64,000 bases of DNA, from the IMG/VR virus record IMGVR_UViG_3300025147_000004; one strand, given 5' to 3'. Of the stretch, positions 28,049 to 37,869 are shown piece by piece. The position numbers and the translations under genes were made by a program. This DNA is from a virus. How positions within the stretch are numbered: the first letter of the stretch is position 1; the number at the start of each line of letters is the position of its first letter. The notes under the pieces were generated by a model. The model had not been told where the DNA came from, searched no databases, and saw nothing but the letters and a program-made list of their open reading frames with translations.

Positions 28049-28595
28049 CTGACTTAACCCCGTTTAATGATGTGAAAATGATAGATGGCATAGTTGCCTC
28101 GCCATATTTCTTATAAATTGCATTTGCCTGTGTTCTGATCAATCGCTTATCGGTGATAGATAATGTTCCGCTTGCCTCTTGGTGTGACCATCCGTTATCG
28201 CTATCCTTTGCCCCCTGTACTTGCGAGGGGGAATTAACCCCGTACATTAAAGCATCTGCAAAAGCCAGCTCTCTGGTCTGCTGACTGAGAAGTGATACAT
28301 CTAATCCAATCGCTAATCCACGATCAACTCTGATTTTCATCAAGGCAGCATCAGGTAGTAAATACCCGACACTGGCCTTTAGATACGCCTCAAGCGTAAC
28401 GATGAAAACAGCAGAAATTACGACATCGCTGTCGGGAGCTTCAAAAACATACGGGTTTGCAACGATAACTTCTTCGCCTCGCAAGAAATGACTGAATGAG
28501 GAGGTAGACGCTGCTAACGTCACTTCATCCCCCATGCTGTGGATTCCTGCGCCTGTGACTACTCCATCACCTATAACTGTAACCTGTACGTTCAT
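28029..28595 (-). CDS. head completion/connector protein (candidate)
   Basis: 188 aa, directly downstream of the capsid gene. Confidence 0.35.
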   Translation of the reverse strand: MNVQVTVIGDGVVTGAGIHSMGDEVTLAASTSSFSHFLRGEEVIVANPYVFEAPDSDVVISAVFIVTLEAYLKASVGYLLPDAALMKIRVDRGLAIGLDVSLLSQQTRELAFADALMYGVNSPSQVQGAKDSDNGWSHQEASGTLSITDKRLIRTQANAIYKKYGEATMPSIIFTSLNGVKSDAQARY

Positions 28596-28609
28596 ATCGG
28601 CTTATTTGT

Positions 28610-29755
28610 TTATGCAGCAGAAGTGATATCCAGCATGATGATGTGGTCTGGATTGTTCAGAACCGGAATACCAGTAAACTCAGCAATAAACTCCATCACC
28701 TTATGCTTAGCAGATACAGTCTGAAGGATAGTAATTCTACCATCTTCATAAGTGTAAACAGGTTCAGCAGGATTGTTGAATTTAATTGGAAGAGAAGACT
28801 CAACCGATCCGCAAAGTCCAGCAGGACGTAAAACTACAACACCATCTGCGAAAGATTTCAAAGCGGTATTTACAGTCTTGCGAGTTGCTACATCAAATGT
28901 CTGAGCAAAAGAAATCTCATCAACAACTTCGATAGGAGGCAAACCACGACCAAGAAGGTATTGGCGTACATTATCCTGAGTTACGAAGAATGTAGAAACA
29001 TTTGCGGCTGCGATACCACCGTTGGTCAACTGAATAGCAGTATTATTACGGACAGTTGTGTGCTGCCATATAATATCCCAAGTAGACTGATTCATACGAA
29101 GTACGCCGTAAGGTTTGAAATTATCCTTTGCGTATTTCACGATCATAGCCAAGTCGGCAATAACGTCAGCAGTTGGGTCAGACCAAACTTTTACTACTTT
29201 CTTTTTATTGGCAGCAGGAACATTGAAGTCAAACTCTAATGCGTGAATACCGTCAGGGTTGTTGGTTGCATTGGTTACGAACTTTCCGGTAGATTCAATC
29301 TGGAAAGCCATGTAATTCAACTGGCTGTGCATACCGCGAAGTAACTTGTCGGTATCGGTAGAGATGATTTTATACAAATCTTCCCAACGTGGAACTACAC
29401 CAGAGTAGTTAGTAACCAACTGAGCCTGTTGAATGAAACTTTCTTCGTTAAACTGAATTGCATGACCCATACGAGGCATCTTACCAGTAGAAAGAGAGAA
29501 GCTTGAAGGTGCGCGAAGTGGCTTGTCTGCGTCAAACTCGATGATAGTGGCTTTAGGGGCAACTAAAGAAGTTCCCTGAAGCTGAGTGTAAGTGAAACCT
29601 ACTTTTGGGATACCCCAATCAAATGCGGATTTCCAAGAAGCGTTATCGTAGCGATTGGCAAAGGCGGAATCAATGAATGTTTGCATTGAATCGAAGCCAT
29701 ACTGTCCAAGTGCGCCGTTTACTAAATCGTAGTAACTTTTGTAATTTGTTTGCAT
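28610..29755 (-). CDS. major capsid protein
   Basis: 381 aa, located between scaffold-like and connector genes. Size and position fit an HK97-fold capsid protein. Confidence 0.65.
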   Translation of the reverse strand: MQTNYKSYYDLVNGALGQYGFDSMQTFIDSAFANRYDNASWKSAFDWGIPKVGFTYTQLQGTSLVAPKATIIEFDADKPLRAPSSFSLSTGKMPRMGHAIQFNEESFIQQAQLVTNYSGVVPRWEDLYKIISTDTDKLLRGMHSQLNYMAFQIESTGKFVTNATNNPDGIHALEFDFNVPAANKKKVVKVWSDPTADVIADLAMIVKYAKDNFKPYGVLRMNQSTWDIIWQHTTVRNNTAIQLTNGGIAAANVSTFFVTQDNVRQYLLGRGLPPIEVVDEISFAQTFDVATRKTVNTALKSFADGVVVLRPAGLCGSVESSLPIKFNNPAEPVYTYEDGRITILQTVSAKHKVMEFIAEFTGIPVLNNPDHIIMLDITSAA

Positions 29756-29763
29756 AGCTTAGA

Positions 29764-30399
29764 TTAAATTACGTTGTCAAAATAAATATCCGTATGTAGC
29801 CGTATGTTCGACTTCATGATAGCAGAAATGTATGGAATCCTTTTCTCAAATACATAGCCCTTAAATACAGGTGATGCAGTTGCAATGGTATCTCCGGTTT
29901 CAATCAAAATCTGACTATAAGTCAAGTGAGTTGGCTGGCAATAAAGAGCCTGACCTGCTTGTTCCGTTGTTGATGCGGATAGAGCAAGAATTGATCCAAC
30001 TGCGATTGTGTCACCTGATGCAGTTACGATTGTAAAGGTTGATTCACCATCTACGCTATTATCAACAGTGGTTACAGCAAATGCCTTACCTGTTCCCGCA
30101 ATAGTCGCAGGAGCTAACATCACGATTTTACCTGCTTTAATTTCGTGAAGACCATCAGCACGATACACTGTGATTATGGTGTTCGTACTAACTGCCGACG
30201 TTGCTTTCACCTTCCATGTAGGAAGAATCTTAACGCCATTTGCAGATTCGAGACTGCAAGGTGATCCAGCGGGATAGTTTTCACCCTCCACAATTGTGTT
30301 CAGTAGCTTGCCTACCCCTACAATTCGCTCTGGAACGCCTTTCCATACCGGAAAACCAGAACCGTATGTGGCTGTTTTCCTACCGAAAGTATTTCCCAT
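29764..30399 (-). CDS. capsid-associated protein (decoration?)
   Basis: 211 aa, located between the scaffold and capsid genes. Confidence 0.3.
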   Translation of the reverse strand: MGNTFGRKTATYGSGFPVWKGVPERIVGVGKLLNTIVEGENYPAGSPCSLESANGVKILPTWKVKATSAVSTNTIITVYRADGLHEIKAGKIVMLAPATIAGTGKAFAVTTVDNSVDGESTFTIVTASGDTIAVGSILALSASTTEQAGQALYCQPTHLTYSQILIETGDTIATASPVFKGYVFEKRIPYISAIMKSNIRLHTDIYFDNVI

Positions 30400-30458
30400 T
30401 TTTTAAAAAATTAAGTTTTATACATTAAAAATTTCTTCTGTGTTCGGCGGTGTTTTAC

Positions 30459-31097
30459 TTACGCCTTTGCCTTTCCTAAAAACTTGTCAACAAGATCAAC
30501 GCCTTTTTTTTGAGCAGCTTCTACCGTAGCTTTATCACCAAGAGCAGGAATGATCGGAACTGCGCCATCTTTCGAGATGGAGGATTGTAATTCATTGTAT
30601 TCCGAAAGAGCTAATCCAGAAATCTGTTCGGCGGTCATGTCATCTTGAATGTCGATTAACTTAATAGCCTTTTTGAGTAGGGTTGAATTAGTTGCTCCTT
30701 GTTTTCCAGATATTTCAAGGGCTTTTGTAATTAGCTCTTGCTTCGTGGTTGCCTTACGATGCTCAGCATCTTTGTTCTCCAAGCCCGTAATCTTCTCCAT
30801 TAACGTCTTTAGTAAGGCGGTTGTGGAGTCGTCGGCTGGGGCTGGAGGATTAACGATAGGTGTTGGTGGATCTGTTGGTCTTTTTACCTTTGATGAATCT
30901 ATCTCGGACTGCATCACCGCTAAGAGTGGTCTATAAATTTCCACTTCTGCTTTGATTGCCGTCTGTAAATTCTCAGGCTCAATAGTCCCTGCTGAAAGCC
31001 TTACTTCTATTGCATTGACTATTTTTTCGATTGATTCTAGCTTTAAACCGTACTGCAAATAAGCACTTTTTACCGCCGCTTGGATCTCTGCTTTCAT
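30459..31097 (-). CDS. scaffolding protein (candidate)
   Basis: 212 aa, helical and charged, with a Pro-rich linker (PTDPPTPIVNPPAPA). It is the first gene of the leftward late operon. Confidence 0.45.
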   Translation of the reverse strand: MKAEIQAAVKSAYLQYGLKLESIEKIVNAIEVRLSAGTIEPENLQTAIKAEVEIYRPLLAVMQSEIDSSKVKRPTDPPTPIVNPPAPADDSTTALLKTLMEKITGLENKDAEHRKATTKQELITKALEISGKQGATNSTLLKKAIKLIDIQDDMTAEQISGLALSEYNELQSSISKDGAVPIIPALGDKATVEAAQKKGVDLVDKFLGKAKA

Positions 31098-31141
31098 TTT
31101 AATTGCTATTATAAATATTTGTTAGTAGCATGAATTATGGA

Positions 31142-31149
31142 CAAAGATA
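31142..31149 (-). promoter_or_regulatory. -7 box TATCTTTG for the leftward structural operon
   Basis: The plus strand reads caaagata. A TTTG lies about 20 nt upstream on the minus strand (aaatttggtaa). Confidence 0.45.
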
Positions 31150-31219
31150 ATTAAAAAATCCGAATTACCAAATTTCGTTTTTAACGACGCAAGATAATTG
31201 CAATTGTACTAAATTTTAT

Positions 31220-31227
31220 TATCTTTG
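31220..31227 (+). promoter_or_regulatory. -7 box TATCTTTG for the terminase/portal operon
   Basis: It lies 23 nt upstream of the ATG at 31251 and is divergent from the box at 31142. Confidence 0.5.
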
Positions 31228-31250
31228 CCTATTAAAATCTATTTGACTTT

Positions 31251-32822
31251 ATGCAGGAGTACATCCTATCGCCATCAGGAAAGAAATATTACACTAATGA
31301 ATATGTGGAGTCTCTGCGTGAAGCCAATTTAAAGCTTCCGGCGGGCGCACAGATGTTTAACTTTATTCCACAAGAAGGTTTTCAAGAAAAGTGCTTAATA
31401 TCTGAGGCTGACATCATGATAATCGGAGGTAAGCGCGGAGGCGGGAAATCGAGGGTGATGAATATGATGCCTCTATATAATATTGGGGTGGTAGGTTTCA
31501 ATGCTAATAGATTCAGGAAGGAAGAGGAAGACTGTCGAGATGGTATATATAAGGATGGCGTTGATTTATACCGAGGGTTTGGAAATATTACTGACCTTAC
31601 AATAAAGTTTAGTAACGGTGATTCATACATAGACTTTGGGCATCTTCAAAACGAGAAGGAGATTGACCGTCGATTCAGGGGCAGACAGATGCCGGACATC
31701 GGGATAGATGAGTTAAGTCAATTACAGGAAGCGACATTCTTTACTTTGCTTGGTTCTAATCGTAACACATTAGGAATCAAGAATAAATTTATCGCATCAA
31801 CTAATCCAGTAGGCGATTTGCACTGGTTATATCAACTTGTAAGCTGGTACATAAATCCGATAACACACAAAGTAATTCCTGAACGCTCTGGCGTTATTCG
31901 CTACTTCTATCGTCACGGAAAGAAGCTATCAGATATAATCTGGGGCGATAGCAGAGAGGAAGTATACTTAAAGGCAAGTGGTTACATTGATGCTATTTAC
32001 GATAAGTCATTGGAGGGGCAAGTAGATAAGCTGAATCTTATTGTGTCCTTTACGTTTATTGAAGGACAACTCAGCGAAAATAAAATTCTTAATAAAAAGG
32101 ATGATAACTATTTAGGTAGACTTGCTACTCAGGGAGCAGAAGAAGCATATAGGGCAATCAACGGAATTTGGGAAAATAAGGAGTCATCGTTTGGCTTAGT
32201 TTCTTACGAGGACTTTGAGAATATGTTTGATAATAATAATCAAGGCGGAGTTGGGTTTAGGTGCGCCAGTGCTGATGTTGCGTTGTCTGGGGATTATTTT
32301 GAAATGTTTGCCTTCGAGGACAAGCATGTTGTAGATTGGGAGGCATTTACCAATGTAAAAAGCAATGATGCTATCATGCTGGTAAGAAAGTTTCTCGACA
32401 AAAATAGTATTCGCGAGGAGAATTTTACCTATGACGGAAACGGAATTGGATTATTTTTAGAGGGATTTTTCAAAAAATCAAAAAAGTTTTTAAATAATGA
32501 ATCTGCATCTAATCCTAAGATGTGGGGAAATCAGAAGTCTGAATGTGCAGAGAGGTTTATTAAAGCTATCGAAAAAGGAGAATACAGCTTTGATAAAAAT
32601 GTACTAAACAAAGAAATCGGAGGCATGACGCTTAAAGAGAAATTACATCAACAGCGTCCGGCATTACGAAGGAAAGATATTGATAGTGGGAAATTTGAGA
32701 TAATAAAAAAATCACAAATGAAGCAAGAAATAGGACACTCCCCCGACACGCTCGAAGCCCTATTTATGCGAGAAGTATTCAGCAGTAAAAAAAGGGGGTT
32801 TTCAAATAGTGGATTATTATAA
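31251..32822 (+). CDS. terL: terminase large subunit
   Basis: Walker A is IIGGKRGGGKS and Walker B is DIGIDELS. At 523 aa and located immediately before the portal gene. Confidence 0.85.
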   Translation: MQEYILSPSGKKYYTNEYVESLREANLKLPAGAQMFNFIPQEGFQEKCLISEADIMIIGGKRGGGKSRVMNMMPLYNIGVVGFNANRFRKEEEDCRDGIYKDGVDLYRGFGNITDLTIKFSNGDSYIDFGHLQNEKEIDRRFRGRQMPDIGIDELSQLQEATFFTLLGSNRNTLGIKNKFIASTNPVGDLHWLYQLVSWYINPITHKVIPERSGVIRYFYRHGKKLSDIIWGDSREEVYLKASGYIDAIYDKSLEGQVDKLNLIVSFTFIEGQLSENKILNKKDDNYLGRLATQGAEEAYRAINGIWENKESSFGLVSYEDFENMFDNNNQGGVGFRCASADVALSGDYFEMFAFEDKHVVDWEAFTNVKSNDAIMLVRKFLDKNSIREENFTYDGNGIGLFLEGFFKKSKKFLNNESASNPKMWGNQKSECAERFIKAIEKGEYSFDKNVLNKEIGGMTLKEKLHQQRPALRRKDIDSGKFEIIKKSQMKQEIGHSPDTLEALFMREVFSSKKRGFSNSGLL

Positions 32823-32840
32823 ATTTTAAAAAGAGAAGAG

Positions 32841-33233
32841 ATGGAAGCAGCAGAATTTAGAACAGGAAATTTGATTTATTCAAGAGATGGATCTATTAAA
32901 GTGATAGATGTCATTAATGCCACTACAAATAAATTGGAGTTTGATGATAGTGATGATGATTATAGTATATATGATTGTAATCCAATTCCACTAACCGACG
33001 ATTTGTTTGATAAATTTGGATTCAAAAAAGGATATTCAGAATATCACAAACTTAATTATTGGTGGATGACTGGATTTAAATTCCTTATAAGGGATCAGGG
33101 AAACGGAGAATATACGCCTTGCACTCACGCAAATTTCCTATATTCAGCAGCACCGAGATTCAAATATGTGCATAAATTACAGAACTTCTATCATGCGTTT
33201 AAGGACGAAGAATTAATACTTAATAATAACTAA
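32841..33233 (+). CDS. hypothetical protein inserted between terminase and portal
   Basis: 130-aa ORF. Confidence 0.45.
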   Translation: MEAAEFRTGNLIYSRDGSIKVIDVINATTNKLEFDDSDDDYSIYDCNPIPLTDDLFDKFGFKKGYSEYHKLNYWWMTGFKFLIRDQGNGEYTPCTHANFLYSAAPRFKYVHKLQNFYHAFKDEELILNNN

Positions 33234-33234
33234 A

Positions 33235-34746
33235 ATGGCAACAACAAAAACAGTCGATGAAATTTTACTGAAGAAGCCCTTCCGTAGAGCTGCCCCAAGC
33301 GTAAACTGGCATCCGGCATCAACTATGGGAGAATCTGCACCAGTAATGCTTCCGAGGCAATTATGGGCGCAGGTAACGCAGGATCAATTTCTGACTGAGT
33401 ATGATCCGGCAGGACATAAGATTAATGACCAGTTCTATTATGCTGATAGGGTCAAGTCGGACTCGACCGGACAGAGGTATATTCATTTTGTAGAGCGTGT
33501 CAGTCTGCCAATGCAGCAGACTATTGTTACGAAACAAATGGCGCATCTTTCCGGCAATTACGTGCAGTTTGTGGATAGCAACCCACTTCCAACAGAAGCA
33601 CAGAAAAATTCATTGATAGAATTTAAGCAAGGCTGGATCAACAAAAACATGGAGGTCGCAATGCATGAGTTCTTCGAGATGGAAAAGATTACCGGAGATT
33701 CGGCTTTGTGCGGATATATTCACGAGGGTGAGTTCGGATGGCGCACTTTCGGTTATCGCAATGGAGAAATACTTTATCCTCACTACGACAACATAACCGG
33801 AAAGCTCAATCTGTTTGCGAGAAGGTATATGCAGAATGAAGTTGAGTATGTGGATGTTTGGGATAAGAAATACATGACTACCTACACCCGACAGAAAGGG
33901 TGGATGGCTAAGGTGTCAAAAGTAATTGGAGGTGATGGGTGGAATGTAGATGCACGCGCACCTCATGGGTTCGATTTCGTACCGATCTCTTATAAAAGGG
34001 ATGATATGGGTGCTTGTTGGTCAAATGTTCAGGACTGTATTGATAAGTTCGAATTGGCAGTATCTCAGCTCTGTGAAAATAATAAAGCATATGCCTTTAG
34101 AATCATGTTTATCAAAGGCGATGGAGATATTCAGAAAGATGCAGACGGGATGCCATCGGTTATTATTGGTGACAAGGATTCTAATGCAAAGTTTTTGGAG
34201 AAGGCGGATGCTTCTACATCATTCGAGCTTCAACTGAAAATATTAGAGAAATACATTTTGATGGGTAGTTTTACGGTTCTTCCTCCTGAGGTTAAGGGCG
34301 GCGACCTTCCGGGAGTTACGATCAAATTACTCTATTCTCCAGCGGTCGAAAAAAGTATGGAGGACTCGATGCACTGGAATCAGGCTTTGGATGACGTGGT
34401 TTCAATATTTAAGTTTGGATTCGGAGTTGAGACACGCAAGTCTGCACAGTTCAATAACCTTGCAGTAAGGGGGGAGATTATTCCTTATGTTCATCAGAAT
34501 ATGGCAGAAAAAGCCCAAATACTTGCTCAGGGAGTAACTATGGGAGTCATGTCGGCAGAGACGGCAGCCCCACAATACCCAGATGCTGCCAACGATGAAT
34601 TTGCGAGACTTACAAAACAAAACGAAGCAGAGTTTGCCAGAGAAACAGCAAGCGCAGAAGCTGCGGTAGCTATCAAGGCTAAAAATGCCACTAAAGCATC
34701 GGGTATGAATCAAAATAATAAAAACAGAAAAGATGCAGGTATTTAA
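33235..34746 (+). CDS. portal protein
   Basis: 503 aa, directly after terL, with an acidic/Ala-rich C-terminus. Confidence 0.75.
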   Translation: MATTKTVDEILLKKPFRRAAPSVNWHPASTMGESAPVMLPRQLWAQVTQDQFLTEYDPAGHKINDQFYYADRVKSDSTGQRYIHFVERVSLPMQQTIVTKQMAHLSGNYVQFVDSNPLPTEAQKNSLIEFKQGWINKNMEVAMHEFFEMEKITGDSALCGYIHEGEFGWRTFGYRNGEILYPHYDNITGKLNLFARRYMQNEVEYVDVWDKKYMTTYTRQKGWMAKVSKVIGGDGWNVDARAPHGFDFVPISYKRDDMGACWSNVQDCIDKFELAVSQLCENNKAYAFRIMFIKGDGDIQKDADGMPSVIIGDKDSNAKFLEKADASTSFELQLKILEKYILMGSFTVLPPEVKGGDLPGVTIKLLYSPAVEKSMEDSMHWNQALDDVVSIFKFGFGVETRKSAQFNNLAVRGEIIPYVHQNMAEKAQILAQGVTMGVMSAETAAPQYPDAANDEFARLTKQNEAEFARETASAEAAVAIKAKNATKASGMNQNNKNRKDAGI

Positions 34747-35200
34747 TACACAACCACCGGAAGCCAGATTCGTACTAGAGCATATACAACAGGCTTTTCT
34801 TGGCGAGGAGGTTCCGATAACATGTGCGTTCAATGAATACGCAATTGCCAAGGCTCAACGCATTTCAGGTCAAGTAGATTATGTGGCTGTAAAATGGGAT
34901 TTCTCTCTCTATGTGCCTCGGATCGTGTTTGATCCAAAATGCTTTAATGGGACTATTGTGAAGCTGCTCTGCTTGTATGTATACAGTAAGGTTGCGGAGA
35001 TAGTAAAGCCGCCAGAACCAAAGCGAGTAGACGCATTCTTTTCTAAATCACCCAGCAAAATGACGGGGGAGGAGCTGAAGTTTGAGCTTCGTATGATACA
35101 CGGCCTTTCGGATGAGAAGGTTGCGGAATATAAATCCATGCCATCGAGAGTTGCGAAAGTAATAGAGATGAGAAAAATAGCAGATAATGGAAGAAAATAG
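34733..35200 (+). CDS. hypothetical head-morphogenesis-region protein
   Basis: 155-aa ORF. Confidence 0.4.
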   Translation: MQVFNTQPPEARFVLEHIQQAFLGEEVPITCAFNEYAIAKAQRISGQVDYVAVKWDFSLYVPRIVFDPKCFNGTIVKLLCLYVYSKVAEIVKPPEPKRVDAFFSKSPSKMTGEELKFELRMIHGLSDEKVAEYKSMPSRVAKVIEMRKIADNGRK

Positions 35201-35639
35201 CAGACTAACACTCGAAAACGCATTTGTCACATACAAAAAGGTGCTTACGCCAGAGGGAATCAAATCCATAACGCATCTTAGTAGGTGGGAAAGTGACAAG
35301 CCAAAGCCGGATCAATTTATTGTCTTCTCGATTCGCACAAGCTCGTCGGTCGTGATGAGGTTGTATCAGCACTCAGATCGGTACTATAAAGGGAAGGTTC
35401 AGCTTCTTACCGACCAAATTATAAACGAATATATTGACATTCACAAGGACGACCCTATGTTAACTACCTATATAGGTGAGAATAAAGGGAAGAAGGATGT
35501 AGATAGGTGTTATAAGTACAATCTTCAAATTCGCAAATCCACGCTGGATAGACTCAATGAAATGGCAGAAGATTTTCAAGAACCTAAAGCGAGTATAGCA
35601 AAAGCTGCGCTGAGAATTTGGATACTTGGGCTGAAGTAA
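35187..35639 (+). CDS. hypothetical protein
   Basis: 150-aa ORF, followed by a strong terminator. Confidence 0.4.
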   Translation: MEENSRLTLENAFVTYKKVLTPEGIKSITHLSRWESDKPKPDQFIVFSIRTSSSVVMRLYQHSDRYYKGKVQLLTDQIINEYIDIHKDDPMLTTYIGENKGKKDVDRCYKYNLQIRKSTLDRLNEMAEDFQEPKASIAKAALRIWILGLK

Positions 35640-35646
35640 AAATAAA

Positions 35647-35674
35647 CCCCGTCAGTTAATTGGCGGGGTTTTTT
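35647..35674 (+). terminator. intrinsic terminator
   Basis: A stem CCCCGTC/GGCGGGG (7 bp including one G-U) with an 8-nt loop is followed by TTTTTT. Confidence 0.7.
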
Positions 35675-35683
35675 GTCCCAATT

Positions 35684-36187
35684 TTATGATATATTTGGGA
35701 CGGGATTTATTGGAAAATTTAATCTTGCGAATTTGCCATAATATATAATTGCCGCCTCGTCGTAAGCGCGAGCAGCATCTTCCTCTACTTTAAACCGACC
35801 AAGAAATTTTTTCTTTCCATCAACATATATTGATACCTCCCATTTTTTATCTCTCGCAAACCATGATACCCCTTTGTATTTTGATGAGGAATTTTTATCC
35901 TTCTTTCTGTTCATGCCATTCTCGGATGTGGTGCAATGTCTCATGTTTAGTCGCTGATTATTCCATCCGTCTCCGTCCTCATGATCTATCATTGGTTTTT
36001 CTGGATTATCACCCATAATGAGTCGGTGCATCATCTGCATGGTTTGTTTGCCGTTAATTCTAATGCGTCTTACGGCATAAAATGTATTGCCGTCTTTCTG
36101 TGCATACCAATTAAATTGGCTAACCATTTCAAAATCTTCGTCATCAACCAAGGCTACTTGACCTTGTGTTAATTTTATTTCTTGCAT
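35684..36187 (-). CDS. HNH-AP2 homing endonuclease, copy B
   Basis: It shows roughly 55-60 percent identity, estimated by eye, to copies A and C. Motifs include IDHEDGDGWNNQRLNM and the AP2 segment SSKYKGVSW...GRFKVEEDAARAYD. The start is at MQEIKL. Confidence 0.8.
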   Translation of the reverse strand: MQEIKLTQGQVALVDDEDFEMVSQFNWYAQKDGNTFYAVRRIRINGKQTMQMMHRLIMGDNPEKPMIDHEDGDGWNNQRLNMRHCTTSENGMNRKKDKNSSSKYKGVSWFARDKKWEVSIYVDGKKKFLGRFKVEEDAARAYDEAAIIYYGKFARLNFPINPVPNIS

Positions 36188-36285
36188 TACTAAATGTTTA
36201 AAACAACAAACCCTCAAACTCAGCTTGCGGACTAAGAATGAAGGTTTGCTAAAAAATATTATCAATTATGCCGCAAGACATGCGA
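36188..36285 (-). promoter_or_regulatory. structured 98-nt leader of HNH-AP2 copy B (interleaved stems plus terminator-like hairpin)
   Basis: S1 pairs 36271-36277 with 36224-36230 (7 bp). S2 pairs 36239-36250 with 36205-36216 (12 bp including 2 G-U), followed by a U-rich tract. Confidence 0.4.
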
Positions 36286-36317
36286 CAAATATACGAAATA
36301 AAATACACACTACCAAA
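36286..36317 (-). promoter_or_regulatory. promoter of HNH-AP2 copy B
   Basis: The -7 box TATATTTG is at 36286-36293 and the -33 box TTTG at 36314-36317 (20-nt spacer). A block of about 36 nt is 31/36 identical to 43781-43816. Confidence 0.5.
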
Positions 36318-37848
36318 TATAATTACCAAATATGTGTTGTGTTTTACCATCCGCATTAATAATCACATCTCCGATACCCCAGCTACTCAACCCTTCGTTG
36401 TACCCATGATCAAGTGTCTGACAACCAACTACTAAACTACCATCCTGACGAGATGGCGTATGCGAGTGCGCAGTTATATTTCTCGAAGATAAATTCTTGA
36501 ACTGAACCGAGCTGCCACGACTACCGTTAGTTCCTTTATCTCCGTGCATGTTCAATTCTATACCACAAACCAACACGCTATCATCCACTTTGGTTGCCGT
36601 TATGTCCATTTGCTTGACTAGATACGGAAAGACGCCACAATCCTCTCTTAATGCGATTGGGAGCAATTCCGCGTACTTGATTGCATTGGGAATATCGCGC
36701 CTCCAATCCATATTGATTATATATCGGTCTAACATGTTGTCGTGGTTCGAAGCAACTATTACGATATTATCGCATAGAAGTTTTAGTTCAGCAAGAAAAT
36801 CCAATGTATCCTCAATCTCATTAGCCAGACTATTTCTGCCGGACTCAAATCTTTTAACTTTCAGAACTGGATTCTTTTCCTCGTGAGGATTAATACTCTC
36901 ACAATCCATCATATCGTATAGGATTAACATCTTCGGGTTTATGGCAATTATCCTATTTCGGATTCTTTCACGAGCTTCTTGATCTAATTTAGAGGCATGA
37001 ATATCACCCAATATGAGTGCTTCTGCCTTAAGCGCGGTGTATATAATTCCATCAGACACTCTCTTGTCGTAGTCGGTAAAATCGCCATCATCTCCGGCAG
37101 TCACGTAATGCATATCGCCATCTTGCACAACAACAAAGCCATAAACATGATGGAAGCACCCCTTCTTTCCAGTCTTACTATCAGTATAGTTAGGCAACGT
37201 GCAAGCTCCGGTCGTCATCATAATTTTTGGCTTGTGCCCTTTCGGAACGGGCATAAACTGCATGTGAACTCTCGGATGCCCAAATATACACGACTCGGAT
37301 GCGCTCAACCCGTTCAGTCCCGATAATGGCGTAACTGCTGTGGGTTGTATTTTAACGTCCGACATTAATTGAATACCATCGAAGAGATTATGTCTGTTGG
37401 CGTCCAAGTAGGGCAGGACTTCAGCGCACCAGACTTCCGCACGAGATTCTGAAAAAACGCTTGTGGGATTGGTATACCTGCTGGCGATTACATGTATCTC
37501 GGCATTTTTGAATCTGGCATAAGCTAATAGATTATCCCAAAACGGTTTATGTATTGGAGTTGAGTTTAGAGCAGTGGTGATTATGTATGTCTTGGATGGG
37601 ATGAGCTGCTTATGGGTGGCTTGCTCGTATTCGTTAGATGTAGTGCAGGCAGACATGTAGAGAGAATACAAGTCCATATGAACTCCAGCAACGGGATTTC
37701 CGGCAGACCCAAGCATTTTGCGAACCCTGTACCTTGCACTTTCCGTATCAATGGACGGGTCTTGGCTTACCATTTCCTTGGCAATAGCTCTCTTGTCTGT
37801 AATGCCATTGGCGATACATTCTCTAATAATTTTTTCTGTGAAAATCAT
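36310..37848 (-). CDS. calcineurin-like metallophosphoesterase with ~285-aa unknown N-terminal region
   Basis: The motifs are LILGDIHA, ASNHDNM, NMHGDKG and TAHSHTP (DxH / GNHD / H / GHxH pattern). 512 aa. Confidence 0.6.
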   Translation of the reverse strand: MIFTEKIIRECIANGITDKRAIAKEMVSQDPSIDTESARYRVRKMLGSAGNPVAGVHMDLYSLYMSACTTSNEYEQATHKQLIPSKTYIITTALNSTPIHKPFWDNLLAYARFKNAEIHVIASRYTNPTSVFSESRAEVWCAEVLPYLDANRHNLFDGIQLMSDVKIQPTAVTPLSGLNGLSASESCIFGHPRVHMQFMPVPKGHKPKIMMTTGACTLPNYTDSKTGKKGCFHHVYGFVVVQDGDMHYVTAGDDGDFTDYDKRVSDGIIYTALKAEALILGDIHASKLDQEARERIRNRIIAINPKMLILYDMMDCESINPHEEKNPVLKVKRFESGRNSLANEIEDTLDFLAELKLLCDNIVIVASNHDNMLDRYIINMDWRRDIPNAIKYAELLPIALREDCGVFPYLVKQMDITATKVDDSVLVCGIELNMHGDKGTNGSRGSSVQFKNLSSRNITAHSHTPSRQDGSLVVGCQTLDHGYNEGLSSWGIGDVIINADGKTQHIFGNYIW

Positions 37849-37869
37849 GTAATATGGTTTTAGTCAATA

